Assembly: GCA_035604595.1 (NCBI GenBank) | Contig: DATNIE010000026.1 | Span: 18,908 to 82,907, forward strand | Length of the DNA stretch: 64,000 nucleotides | Reading direction: 5' to 3' | DNA from: Steroidobacteraceae bacterium | GTDB lineage: Bacteria; Pseudomonadota; Gammaproteobacteria; Steroidobacterales; Steroidobacteraceae | Shown here: in pieces, positions 7,957-18,976 of the stretch | How the letters are laid out: each line of letters opens with the position of its first letter | Position numbering within the stretch: the stretch's first letter is position 1 | Translations under genes and position numbers: made by a program | Notes under the pieces: generated by a model | The model's database searches: none | What the model saw: only the letters and a program-made list of their open reading frames with translations | What the model was told of the DNA's origin: nothing

Positions 7957-9405
7957 TCACCGGGCCGGCAACTTGCGCCGCTCGCCGGACGGGGCGATCT
8001 GCATTGCCTCGCGGTATTTGGCCACCGTGCGACGCGCCACCTGCGCGCCGTCTTCGGCCAAGAGCTCGGCGATGCGGTTGTCGGACAGCGGGTTCGCCGG
8101 GTCCTCGCCCGCGATCAGCTTGCGGATCTTCGCGCGAATGGCGGTCGAGGACATCTCCGTGCCATCCGTCGCGGCCACGTGGCTCGAAAAGAAATAGCGG
8201 AACTCGTAGACGCCCCGCGGGGTGTGCATGTACTTGCCGGTCGTGACCCGCGAAATGGTCGATTCGTGCATGTCGACCGCCTCGGCCACGTCGCGCAGCA
8301 CCATCGGTTCCATCGCCTCGTCGCCGCGTTCGAGAGAGGCCGCCTGCCGCTCGACGATGCAACGTGCCACCTTGAGCAGGGTCTCGTTGCGGATCTCGAG
8401 GCTGCGGAGCAGCCAGCGGGCTTCCTGCAGCTGCGAGCGCATCACGGCGTGGTCGGCGGCCCGGGTGATGAGTCCGGCATAGCCCTGATTGAGGCGCACG
8501 CGGGGGAGCGCGCTGGCGTTGAGCTCGACCACCCAGCCGTGTGGCCCGCGCCGCGCGTACACGTCCGGGACCACGTAGTCCGGCTGGCTCGGCTGGATCG
8601 TCGATCCCGGCCGGGGATGGCACGACCGGACGAGCGCCAGGGCCCGCCCAAGCTCCTCCTCGTCGACTTCGAGTGTGCGGCGCAGCGCCGCGTAGTCGCG
8701 GCTGGCCACGAGGTCCAGATGCCCACGCGCGATCCGCAGCGCATTCGCCAGGCCCGGCGTGTCCGGCACCAGCTGCGCGAGCTGCAGCTCGATGCACTCC
8801 GCCACCGAGCGCGCGGCCACGCCGGCCGGTTCGAAGGCCTGGATGACCCCAAGCACGCGCTCGATCTCGGCCGGCGTTGCCATGACGTCGGTTTGGAGCA
8901 CCGCGCCGATCTCCTCGAGCGCGTCGACCAGGTAGCCGTCGTCGTTGATCGCATCGATGATCGCCGCACCGATTGCGAACTCGCGCGGTCCGAGCCGCGC
9001 GAGCTCCAGCTGCCAGGACAGATGCTCCTTCAGCGTCTCGCCGCGCCCGTCCGAGAACTCCTGCGGCCGGTTGTCACCCGACCACGGGGCCTCGGATGCG
9101 ACTGCGGTCGGACCCTGATCCCACGGATCCTCGGCCACGTCCACGTCGGACTCGCCGACCGCCGGCTCGTCGGCGGGCGCCTCGGCGGGCGTCGCCTCGG
9201 GCGAGGCCGCTGCGCCCGCGTCGGCCGGCTCGGGCAGCAGCTCGCCCTCATCGTCCGCCTCGAGCATGACGTTCTGCTCGAGCGCTTCGCGGATAGTCTG
9301 CTGCAATTCGAGCGCGGGCAGCTGCAGTAGCCGGATCGCCTGCTGCAGCTGAGGCGTCATCGTCAGCTGCTGGCCGAGGCGGAGCTGTAGAGCTTGTTTT
9401 AGCAT
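7957..9405 (-). CDS. rpoN: RNA polymerase sigma-54 factor
   Basis: N-terminal Gln/Leu-rich region I (LRLGQQLTMTPQLQQAIRLLQL) and C-terminal RpoN box ARRTVAKYRE. Sits in the lptB-rpoN-hpf context. Confidence 0.95.
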   Translation of the reverse strand: MLKQALQLRLGQQLTMTPQLQQAIRLLQLPALELQQTIREALEQNVMLEADDEGELLPEPADAGAAASPEATPAEAPADEPAVGESDVDVAEDPWDQGPTAVASEAPWSGDNRPQEFSDGRGETLKEHLSWQLELARLGPREFAIGAAIIDAINDDGYLVDALEEIGAVLQTDVMATPAEIERVLGVIQAFEPAGVAARSVAECIELQLAQLVPDTPGLANALRIARGHLDLVASRDYAALRRTLEVDEEELGRALALVRSCHPRPGSTIQPSQPDYVVPDVYARRGPHGWVVELNASALPRVRLNQGYAGLITRAADHAVMRSQLQEARWLLRSLEIRNETLLKVARCIVERQAASLERGDEAMEPMVLRDVAEAVDMHESTISRVTTGKYMHTPRGVYEFRYFFSSHVAATDGTEMSSTAIRAKIRKLIAGEDPANPLSDNRIAELLAEDGAQVARRTVAKYREAMQIAPSGERRKLPAR

Positions 9406-9457
9406 CGGGCGCGGGGGCTACCGGGAGGGGCGGTCAGCGTCTCCCGCCGCTCCCGAC

Positions 9458-10183
9458 TCACATTCGGAAATCCTGGCCCAAGTACACCTCACGAACCTCC
9501 GGGTTGGCAAGGATATCTGCCGCAGATCCGGAGGCAATGACTGAGCCCTGGTTCACGATATAGGCGCGGCCGCAGATCCCGAGCGTCTCGCGTACGTTGT
9601 GATCGGTGATCAGTACCCCGATGCCGCGCGCCCGCAAGTGCTCTATGCTTCGTTGGATGTCCGCCAGCGACAGCGGATCGACCCCGGCGAACGGCTCATC
9701 GAGCAGGATGAAGCGGGGCTCCGCCGCAAGCGCGCGCGCGATCTCGACGCGCCGGCGTTCGCCGCCCGACAGGCTCTGACCGATGCTGTCGCGGATGTGG
9801 CCGATGTGCACCTCATCCAGCAGCGCCTCGAGCTGCGCCGCGCGGGCGTCGGAATCGAGCCCGGGCCGCGTCTCGAGAATCGCCTCGATGTTCTGGGCCA
9901 CCGTCAGTTTCCTGAACACCGACGCCTCCTGCGGCAGGTAGCCGAGGCCGAGGCGCGCCCGGCGGTGCATCGGCAGGCGCGTCAGCTCCTCGTCATCGAG
10001 GTGGATGCGGCCGCTGTCGCACGGCACGAGGCCGACGATCATGTAGAACGCGGTGGTCTTGCCGGCGCCGTTGGGCCCGAGCAGGCCCACGACCTCGCCG
10101 GACGCGACCTCGAGCGAGAGGTCCGTGAGCACCTGCCGGGCCTTGTAGGTCTTGCTGAGGTTCAACGCCTGGAGCCGGCTCAT
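9458..10183 (-). CDS. lptB: LPS export ABC transporter ATPase LptB
   Basis: Walker [10 protein letters not shown], signature LSGGERRR, Walker B ILLDEP. ATG at 10183 overlaps the lptA stop (ATGA). Confidence 0.9.
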   Translation of the reverse strand: MSRLQALNLSKTYKARQVLTDLSLEVASGEVVGLLGPNGAGKTTAFYMIVGLVPCDSGRIHLDDEELTRLPMHRRARLGLGYLPQEASVFRKLTVAQNIEAILETRPGLDSDARAAQLEALLDEVHIGHIRDSIGQSLSGGERRRVEIARALAAEPRFILLDEPFAGVDPLSLADIQRSIEHLRARGIGVLITDHNVRETLGICGRAYIVNQGSVIASGSAADILANPEVREVYLGQDFRM

Positions 10184-10800
10184 GGGTTCGGTTTCGGCTC
10201 CGGCTTCTTCGGGATGATCGTGATGCGCACGCGCTGGCTGCCCTGATCCTCGGCATTGGCCCGCACGCGCTGGCTGCGCATGTCGTAGAGCAGCGTGCGG
10301 CCGTTGATCTCGTTGGCACCGTCCGACAGCCACGCGTCCTCCGTCAGGCGCACGGTGCCGGCAGCGAAGTCGTAATCGATATGGGCGGCGTGACCACGGG
10401 CGACGCGCTTGTCGCGTATCTGTTCGAACGCCGCTGGCGTGCCGGTGATCTGCGCGTTGGCGACCGCATTGGCGGCGAACGCGACCCGCGCCTCGTCGCT
10501 GACGAGCGAGCTGTCGGGCGTCGTGATGATCACCTTGCCACGGAACACCCAGTGGCTGTCGTTGAAATCGAGACCGGTCGCCACGGCCTCGTCGGCCTGG
10601 ACGGCGAAGCGGCCCTGCTCGATGCGCACGCCGTGGAAGATGAGCGTGTTGTTCTTGTAGTCAAAATCCGACGAGCTCGCCTTGACATAGATCGGCTGGT
10701 CCCGATCGAGTGGCGGTACCACGGCGACCGGCGCGGCCGCAGTCGCCGCGGCGCTCGCCGCCAGTAGCGCCGCGAGGCGACTAGCGCGTAAAGGTGCCAT
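10180..10800 (-). CDS. lptA: periplasmic LPS transport protein LptA
   Basis: Signal peptide, OstA-like beta-jellyroll sequence, and position between lptC and lptB. Confidence 0.8.
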   Translation of the reverse strand: MAPLRASRLAALLAASAAATAAAPVAVVPPLDRDQPIYVKASSSDFDYKNNTLIFHGVRIEQGRFAVQADEAVATGLDFNDSHWVFRGKVIITTPDSSLVSDEARVAFAANAVANAQITGTPAAFEQIRDKRVARGHAAHIDYDFAAGTVRLTEDAWLSDGANEINGRTLLYDMRSQRVRANAEDQGSQRVRITIIPKKPEPKPNP

Positions 10801-11326
10801 TGACCGAGGATTCTAGCCGCAGGGTCTCGCGCTTCAAGTCGGCGCGCAGTCCGCGGGCGTTCAGGACGTGGGGGGGGAACTCGATGCGGACCGGATCGGC
10901 CGTCGTCGCGAGCTGCTGGTCGACGTCGAGGTACAGGTGTTCCGTGCGCAGCAGCGCGCCGCCCTCGGTGGGTGAGGTCAGCCGCACGTCGCCCTCGAGC
11001 TGCACGCTGCGGCCGGCCGGCGGCAGCGTGCCGGTGGCCGCGGTGATCCGCCAGTCGCGGCCCGGCTCCGGCAGGTAGTCGATGCTCACCAGCCTCAGCT
11101 GCACATCGCCGTGCTGCTCGACCTCGGTCGCAGCGGCGGCGTGCACCCTCAAGGTCAGGCGCCCGCTCGCATCGGTCTGCTCGAGTGCGGCATTTTTCAG
11201 GTAGTAGCCCGGTTGCGTGACCACGGCCGGTGCTTGCGGGCTCTCAGCGTCGCGCTGCGCCAGCCACCAGCTGACGGCGGCGAGCGCCGTGAGGCAGGCG
11301 AACGCGACCGGTGACGGTATCCTCAT
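10781..11326 (-). CDS. lptC: LPS export system protein LptC
   Basis: Single N-terminal TM anchor (VAFACLTALAAVSWWLA) with a periplasmic domain, positioned between kdsC and lptA. ATG at 11326 overlaps the kdsC stop (ATGA). Confidence 0.7.
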   Translation of the reverse strand: MRIPSPVAFACLTALAAVSWWLAQRDAESPQAPAVVTQPGYYLKNAALEQTDASGRLTLRVHAAAATEVEQHGDVQLRLVSIDYLPEPGRDWRITAATGTLPPAGRSVQLEGDVRLTSPTEGGALLRTEHLYLDVDQQLATTADPVRIEFPPHVLNARGLRADLKRETLRLESSVNGTFTR

Positions 11327-11808
11327 GCGCGGGCTTCGATCAGCAGGTCGCACACCTCGCGCACGGCGCCGTGGCCGCCGCGGGCGCGGGTGACGTGCCG
11401 GGCGGCGGCGATGACGTCGGGATGGGCATCGGCGACCGCGATCGGCAGCGCCACCAGTGCCATCAGCGGCAGGTCCGGCGTGTCATCGACCACGCAGGCC
11501 GTCACCGCCGGCGACACTCCAACTTCGGCGGCGAGCTCGCGGAACGCCGCGGCCTTGTTGTCGGCGCCTTGGCGCAGGTGGCGAATGCCGAGCTCGAGTG
11601 CGCGCCGCTCGAGCGCCGCGGAGCGGCGTCCGGATATCAGCGCGACCGTGACGCCGGCGGCCTGCAGCGCCTTGATGCCGGCTCCGTCGCGGACGTGGAA
11701 GACCTTGAGCACCTCGCCCTCGGGTCCGAACCACAGGCGGCCGTCGGTCAGTACTCCGTCGACGTCCAGTACCAGGAGGCGGATGCTGGCAGCGCTCTCG
11801 AGGCTCAC
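11323..11808 (-). CDS. kdsC: 3-deoxy-D-manno-octulosonate 8-phosphate phosphatase
   Basis: HAD motif I LVLDVDGVLTDG; size and position downstream of kdsD fit. Confidence 0.85.
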   Translation of the reverse strand: MSLESAASIRLLVLDVDGVLTDGRLWFGPEGEVLKVFHVRDGAGIKALQAAGVTVALISGRRSAALERRALELGIRHLRQGADNKAAAFRELAAEVGVSPAVTACVVDDTPDLPLMALVALPIAVADAHPDVIAAARHVTRARGGHGAVREVCDLLIEARA

Positions 11809-12815
11809 ATCACACCGGCGCGCAGCAGGTCGTGCACGTTGAGTGCGCCGACCACACGGCGCTCCCCGTCGACGACCAGCAGGGCCGTGATCCGGTGCCG
11901 CTCCATCAGCAGCACCGCCTCCGCTGCCAGCTCGCGCGCGCCGATCGTCCGGCCGTCCGCGGTCATGACCTCCTGCATCCGGGTCGAATGGATGTCGATG
12001 CGCCGGTCGAGCGCGCGCCGCAGGTCGCCGTCGGTGAATACCCCGAGCAGGCGGCCGTCCGGTGCCACGACGCTGGTGATACCGAGCCCCTTGCGGCTCA
12101 TCTCGAGCAGCCCCGCGGAGACCGTGCTCTCGGGTCCCACCCGCGGGATCTCCTCGCCCGCGTGCATCACGTCCGCCACGTGCAGCAGCAATCGCCTGCC
12201 GAGCGTGCCGCCCGGGTGGGACCGGGCGAAATCCTGCTCGGTGAATCCCCGCAGGCGCAACAGCGTGACGGCCAGCGCATCGCCCATCGCGAGCGAGGCG
12301 GTCGTACTCGCCGTCGGTGCGAGGTTGAGCGGGCAGGCCTCGGCTGGCACGCTCACGTCGACGTGCACGTCGGCCGCACGGGCGAGGGCGGAGCCGGAAT
12401 TGCCGGTCAGGGCGATCAGCGGCACGCCGAGCCGCTTCAGTACCGGCACCAGCAGCAGGATCTCGTTGGTCTCGCCGGAGTTCGAGAGCGCCAGCAGCAG
12501 GTCCTCGCGGGTGATCATGCCGACATCGCCGTGCACTGCCTCGGCAGGATGCAGAAAGAACGCCGGCGTGCCGGTGCTCGCCAGCGTCGCGGCGATCTTG
12601 CCGGCGATGTGCCCCGACTTGCCGAGCCCGGTCACGATGACCCGGCCCCGGCAGGCGAGCATCAGGCGGCAGGCGCGCACGAAGTCATCGCCGAGGCGCC
12701 GGCCGAGCGCCGCGACCGCCTCGGCCTCAACCCCGAGCGCCACCCGGCCCGACTCAACGAGCGCGGCGTCGTCGAGCGGTGCAGGGGCGGTCGGGGAGTG
12801 TGCCGGTGTCGCCAT
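11805..12815 (-). CDS. kdsD: arabinose-5-phosphate isomerase (SIS + tandem CBS)
   Basis: SIS motif VTGLGKSGHIAGKIAATLASTGTPAFF followed by C-terminal CBS pair. Confidence 0.9.
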   Translation of the reverse strand: MATPAHSPTAPAPLDDAALVESGRVALGVEAEAVAALGRRLGDDFVRACRLMLACRGRVIVTGLGKSGHIAGKIAATLASTGTPAFFLHPAEAVHGDVGMITREDLLLALSNSGETNEILLLVPVLKRLGVPLIALTGNSGSALARAADVHVDVSVPAEACPLNLAPTASTTASLAMGDALAVTLLRLRGFTEQDFARSHPGGTLGRRLLLHVADVMHAGEEIPRVGPESTVSAGLLEMSRKGLGITSVVAPDGRLLGVFTDGDLRRALDRRIDIHSTRMQEVMTADGRTIGARELAAEAVLLMERHRITALLVVDGERRVVGALNVHDLLRAGVM

Positions 12816-12973
12816 GCGCGGACCTTTGGCAGCAGAGGTCCCGCCATCATAGCAACTCGGACCCGGCCAGGGTCCGGCAGGTCGCGGGGCGGCGCTTTGC
12901 CGGTGTGTGCCGATTCACTACACTCGGCGCCTCACGCGGCCCTTTAGGCCCGATCCTGAAGGACGACAAACGC

Positions 12974-14490
<1,517 letters not shown>

Positions 14491-14506
14491 GGCCGACCGC
14501 GGCGGC

Positions 14507-15709
14507 TCAGCGTTCGAGGGGCCGCGCGACGATCGGCAGCTGCGCCCGATACTGGCCCTGACCGGGGCGGATGACGCTCAGGTCCACCGTCGCGCCGGGC
14601 GCCTTGCGGGCGATGCCGGCGAGGAAGTCCTGCACCGAGGTGACCGGTGCCCCGTCGACTCCGGTGATGACGTCTCCGGCGGCGAGCCCCACGGCCGGTG
14701 CGCGGCTCCCGGTATAAAAGCCGAACACCCGGACGCCATGTACCGGCTGGCCCCGCCCATCGACGGTGTCCGGCGGCAGCCCGCGCACCACCAGGCCTGA
14801 CCAGCCGCGCGTGACCCGGCCCTTGCTCTCGATCTCCGCCGCGACGCCGCGTACGAGATTCACCGGGATCGCGAAGCCGATGCCCTCGATGCCCTGCTCG
14901 TGGGACAACACGGCCGTGTTGATTCCGACGAGATCGCCGGCGGCGGTCACGAGCGCGCCGCCCGAGTTGCCCGGATTGATGGCGGCGTCCGTCTGGATGA
15001 AGTTCTCGAGCAGTGCGACGCCGACTTGCGACCTCCCGGTCGCGCTGACGATGCCCTGGGTAACGGTTTGCCCGAGTCCTTCGGAGTTGCCGATCGCGAG
15101 CACCACATCCCCGACCCGCAGCTGGTCGGACCGGCCAAGCGGCATCACCGGCAGGTTCGGCAGCTCGATCTTCAGTATCGCGAGGTCCGTGTCCGGATCG
15201 GTGCCCACGAGCTGCGCCGGGGCCGAGCGACCGTCGAGCAGCTGCACCACGAATTCCTGCATGCCCTTGACGACATGAAAGTTGGTGGCGATGTCGCCCT
15301 TGGCATCGAGAATGACGCCGGAGCCGAGGCTGCTTTCCGCGCGGCGCCGGAACTCCGCAAGATCCGGAAAGAACGGCGCGAGCTGCTCGGGCAGCTGCCG
15401 CTCGATCACAACGCGGCGTGAGGAGATGTTGACCACCGCCGGCGCGCCGCGCGCCACGGCGTCGGCGTAGCTCGCCGCCGCCACACGGCGTGGGGCCGGC
15501 GGCGTGCTATCCGGTGCCGCGGCCGGTGCGGGGCCCGTCGCGGCGCCCACCGACGCGGGCAGCGCAGCCGGACGCGGCGCGGGCGGGGCGTTCGCGACCT
15601 GGCGCGCGGGCAGTATTGCCGGGTCCACGTACACGGCGATGAGCGCGATCGCAAGGCCGAGCGCGATCCACGGCGACAGAAAAGCGGCAATGCGGATGAG
15701 GCGGTGCAC
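14507..15709 (-). CDS. DegS/AlgW-like periplasmic serine endoprotease (trypsin fold + single PDZ)
   Basis: N-terminal TM anchor. Catalytic His (TNFHVV), Asp (DTDLAIL) and Ser (GNSGGAL) are present, with one C-terminal PDZ. GTG start. Confidence 0.8.
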   Translation of the reverse strand: MHRLIRIAAFLSPWIALGLAIALIAVYVDPAILPARQVANAPPAPRPAALPASVGAATGPAPAAAPDSTPPAPRRVAAASYADAVARGAPAVVNISSRRVVIERQLPEQLAPFFPDLAEFRRRAESSLGSGVILDAKGDIATNFHVVKGMQEFVVQLLDGRSAPAQLVGTDPDTDLAILKIELPNLPVMPLGRSDQLRVGDVVLAIGNSEGLGQTVTQGIVSATGRSQVGVALLENFIQTDAAINPGNSGGALVTAAGDLVGINTAVLSHEQGIEGIGFAIPVNLVRGVAAEIESKGRVTRGWSGLVVRGLPPDTVDGRGQPVHGVRVFGFYTGSRAPAVGLAAGDVITGVDGAPVTSVQDFLAGIARKAPGATVDLSVIRPGQGQYRAQLPIVARPLER

Positions 15710-15892
15710 GGATAACAGCTGGACAGAGGCCGCGACCAGCGGGTCCCGCTGGGTGAGGCGGTGCGTCGTGTGTATAATGCGCGATCCCTCGAATTCGCGA
15801 AACCGTCAGTCGGCCCAGCCAATTGGGCGCGTTTTGCGCGGGCGCGGCGCAAGGATGCGGGAATAGCGCGGGGCATCGACAGGGGATTGAGA

Positions 15893-16486
15893 ATGAGCGC
15901 AGACGTTGATCAGGGGCGGCGCCGGCTGCTGGTGACGGCAACTGCCCTGACGGGCGCGGTCGGTGCGGGGTTCGCCCTCACTCCGTTTGTCGCCAGCTGG
16001 GAGCCGAGCGCGCGCGCCAAGGCGCTCGGCGCACCGATCGAGATCGACATCAGCAAGCTCGAGCCGGGTGCGATGCTCAAGGTCGAGTGGCGCGGCAAGC
16101 CGGTCTGGGTCCTGCGCCGCACGCCCGAGATGCTCAAAGAGGTCGACCAGGCCAAGCCCTTCCTGCTGGACCCCGAGTCGCTGGGCTCGGTGCAGCCGGC
16201 GTACGCGAAGAACGAGACCCGGGCGCTGAAGCCCGAGTATTTCGTGGTGCTCGGTGTGTGCACGCACCTCGGCTGCTCGCCGATGGAGAAATTCCAGCCG
16301 GGCGATGTGACCGTATCGGCCGACTGGCCCGGTGGCTTCTACTGCCCCTGCCACGGATCGAAATTCGATCTGGCGGGGCGCGTCTGGAAAAGCGTCCCGG
16401 CGCCGTCGAATCTCACCGTGCCGCCGTACAGTTTCGTCAGCGACCGGCGCATCGTCGTGGGCACTGACGCCACGCACGCGGCCTGA
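15893..16486 (+). CDS. petA: ubiquinol-cytochrome c reductase Rieske iron-sulfur subunit
   Basis: Twin-arginine signal GRRRLLVTATA and Rieske boxes CTHLGC and CPCHGS. Confidence 0.9.
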   Translation: MSADVDQGRRRLLVTATALTGAVGAGFALTPFVASWEPSARAKALGAPIEIDISKLEPGAMLKVEWRGKPVWVLRRTPEMLKEVDQAKPFLLDPESLGSVQPAYAKNETRALKPEYFVVLGVCTHLGCSPMEKFQPGDVTVSADWPGGFYCPCHGSKFDLAGRVWKSVPAPSNLTVPPYSFVSDRRIVVGTDATHAA

Positions 16487-16511
16487 GGCCGCCGGCGAAG
16501 GAGCGAACACG

Positions 16512-17774
16512 ATGGGCAACGAGAGCTACGGAACGACAGCGAGCGGCGGGCTGTGGGGCTGGATCAACGCGCGCTTCCCGCTCGACAAGATGCTCAAGCA
16601 GCACGTGACGGAGTACTACGCGCCGAAGAACATCAACACCTGGTACCTGTTCGGCTCCTTGTCGCTGGTCGTGCTCGCGATGCAGCTCGTCACGGGCATC
16701 TACCTGACGATGAGCTACAAGCCGGCGGCGGCGGAGGCCTTCGCGTCGGTCGAGTACATCATGCGCGACGTCGAGTGGGGCTGGCTGATCCGCTACCTGC
16801 ATTCCACGGGCGCCTCGGCGTTCTTCATCGTCGTCTACCTGCACATGTTCCGTGGGCTGCTGTACGGCTCGTATCGCGCGCCGCGCGAGCTCATCTGGAT
16901 CTTCGGGATGCTGATCTACCTCGCACTGATGGCCGAAGGCTTCTTCGGCTACCTGCTGCCGTGGGGCAACATGTCCTACTGGGGAGCACAGGTGATCGTG
17001 TCGCTGTTCGGCACGATCCCGGTGATCGGGGATGCGCTGTCGGAATGGATCAAGGGCGACTACTTCATCTCCGACATCACGCTGAACCGCTTCTTCGCGC
17101 TGCACGTGGTCGCGATCCCGCTGATCATGGTGTTCCTCGTGGTCGCGCACATCCTCGCACTCCACGAGGTCGGCTCCGGCAATCCTGACGGCACCGAGAT
17201 CAAGAAGCACAAGGACGCCAACGGCATCCCGCTGGACGGCATGAAGTTCCACCCGTACTGCACGGTCGAGGACATCCTTGCGCTCGCCGTATTTCTGCTG
17301 GTCTTCTGCGGCGTCGTCTTCTTCGCGCCGGCCCTGGGCGGACTGTTCCTCGAGCCGCCGAACTTCGAGATCGCGAACCCGATGCAGACTCCCCCGCACA
17401 TCGCGCCGGTGTGGTACTACACGCCGTTTTACGCAATGTTGCGCGCGGTGCCGTCGTTCTTCGGCACCCAGGTGTGGGGCGTGCTGGTGATGTTCGGCGC
17501 GATCCTGATCCTGTTCTTCCTGCCCTGGCTCGACCGTTCGCCGGTCAAGTCGATCCGCTACAAGGGGTGGATCGCCAAGCTCGCGCTCGCGCTGTTCGCG
17601 GTGTCCTTCGTCGTGCTCGCGTACTGCGGCATGAAGCCGCCGAGCGGCATCTTCCCGCTGCTGGCGCGGATCTTCACCACCGTCTACTTCGCGTTCTTCC
17701 TGCTGATGCCATGGTGGTCGCGAATGGGGTCGTTCAAGCCGGTGCCCGACAGGGTGGGCCGCAATGCGCACTGA
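16512..17774 (+). CDS. petB: cytochrome b
   Basis: Multi-TM protein with conserved RYLHSTGASAFF and PEWY-like region (HIAPVWYYTPFY). Confidence 0.95.
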   Translation: MGNESYGTTASGGLWGWINARFPLDKMLKQHVTEYYAPKNINTWYLFGSLSLVVLAMQLVTGIYLTMSYKPAAAEAFASVEYIMRDVEWGWLIRYLHSTGASAFFIVVYLHMFRGLLYGSYRAPRELIWIFGMLIYLALMAEGFFGYLLPWGNMSYWGAQVIVSLFGTIPVIGDALSEWIKGDYFISDITLNRFFALHVVAIPLIMVFLVVAHILALHEVGSGNPDGTEIKKHKDANGIPLDGMKFHPYCTVEDILALAVFLLVFCGVVFFAPALGGLFLEPPNFEIANPMQTPPHIAPVWYYTPFYAMLRAVPSFFGTQVWGVLVMFGAILILFFLPWLDRSPVKSIRYKGWIAKLALALFAVSFVVLAYCGMKPPSGIFPLLARIFTTVYFAFFLLMPWWSRMGSFKPVPDRVGRNAH

Positions 17775-18522
17775 CAAACTCGTGCCGGCGCTGGCCGCAG
17801 TCGCAGCGCTGGCGCTGCCGTTCGCGACGCGCGCATCCGAGGGCGGGGCGAGCCTGCCGCACGCCGGCAACGACATCCGCGACCGCGCCTCGCTGCAGCG
17901 AGGCGCGCGCAATTTCATGAACTATTGCTCGGGCTGCCACTCGGCGCAGTTCGTCCGCTACAACCGCATGGCCGCCGATCTCGGCATCACGGACGCGGAG
18001 CTGGCGGCCAACCTGATGTTCACGACCGAGCGGTCGTCGCAGACGATCAACAGCGCGCTCAATGCGGAGGACGGCCGCAAGTGGTTTGGCAATGCACCGC
18101 CGGACCTGTCGCTGATTGCGCGCAGCCGTGGCACGGACTACCTGTACGCGTTCCTGAAGAGCTTCTACGCCGATCCCAGCCGTCCGACCGGCGTCGACAA
18201 CACCGTCCTGCCGGGCACCGCGATGCCGCACGTGCTGGCGGACCTGCAGGGCGTGCAGACAGCCGTGTACGTCACGCACGCGGCCGGCGAGGGCGCCGCG
18301 GCGCCTCCCGAGATCGAGAAGCTCGCGCTCGCAACGCCCGGGACGCTGTCGGCCGATGACTACGACGCTTTCGTACGCGACACCGTGAATTTCCTCGAGT
18401 ACATCGGCGAGCCCGTGCAGGTGAAGCGGCGCGATCTCGGTGTCTGGGTCATGCTGTTCCTGCTGGTATTCACCGGCTTTGCGTACCTGTTGAAGCGCGA
18501 GTACTTCCGCGACGTCCACTGA
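17764..18522 (+). CDS. petC: cytochrome c1
   Basis: Signal peptide, heme motif CSGCHS, C-terminal TM anchor. Overlaps the petB end by 11 nt. Confidence 0.85.
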   Translation: MRTDKLVPALAAVAALALPFATRASEGGASLPHAGNDIRDRASLQRGARNFMNYCSGCHSAQFVRYNRMAADLGITDAELAANLMFTTERSSQTINSALNAEDGRKWFGNAPPDLSLIARSRGTDYLYAFLKSFYADPSRPTGVDNTVLPGTAMPHVLADLQGVQTAVYVTHAAGEGAAAPPEIEKLALATPGTLSADDYDAFVRDTVNFLEYIGEPVQVKRRDLGVWVMLFLLVFTGFAYLLKREYFRDVH

Positions 18523-18546
18523 GGACGGGGAGCAGCGTGCCGCCGC

Positions 18547-18957
18547 ATGGCCGAGGAGCCACAGCTTAGTTCGCGTCGCCCGTACCTGCTGCGGGCAATG
18601 CACGAGTGGATGACCGACAACGGCCAGACCCCACACCTCGTGATCGACGCCGGCATCGACGGGGTCGTCGTGCCGCGCCAGTACGTCCGCGATGGCAAGA
18701 TCGTGCTGAACGCCAGTTACTCGGCGACGTCCGGACTGATGCTCAAGAACGACTGGGTCACGTTCAGCGCACGATTCAGCGGCAACGCCTTCGAGGTCCG
18801 GCTGCCGGTGAGCTCGGTGCTCGGCATCTACGCGCGTGAAACGGGCCAGGGGATGATCTTCTCCGACGACGCGCCGAGTCCGGAGTCACCCGACCCGGCG
18901 CCCAGGCCACCCGGCGGCGACGAGGCGCGCCGGCCGCAGCTGAAGATCGTCAAGTAG
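18547..18957 (+). CDS. sspB: ClpXP adaptor / stringent starvation protein B
   Basis: RPYLLRAMHEWMTDNGQTPHLV N-terminal block, disordered Pro-rich linker, C-terminal ClpX-binding-like tail PQLKIVK. Confidence 0.85.
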   Translation: MAEEPQLSSRRPYLLRAMHEWMTDNGQTPHLVIDAGIDGVVVPRQYVRDGKIVLNASYSATSGLMLKNDWVTFSARFSGNAFEVRLPVSSVLGIYARETGQGMIFSDDAPSPESPDPAPRPPGGDEARRPQLKIVK

Positions 18958-18976
18958 CGCCGCGTCCGGTCTGCGC

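Noticed and set aside
7891-9330. 479-aa plus-strand ORF opposite rpoN
   Set aside because: It is antisense to an unmistakable sigma-54 gene, with Arg/His/Leu-rich low-complexity translation and no recognisable domain.
11311-12947. 513-aa and 371-aa plus-strand ORFs opposite kdsC/kdsD
   Set aside because: Both are antisense or out of frame relative to well-supported kdsC and kdsD. Their Ser/Arg/Pro-rich composition marks them as a GC-skew artefact.
15773-15778. Perfect TATAAT hexamer upstream of petA as a promoter call
   Set aside because: The -10 is perfect, but the -35 at 17-nt spacing (TGGGTG) is poor and there is no extended -10 in the correct register. This is too weak to list as a feature without start-site data.
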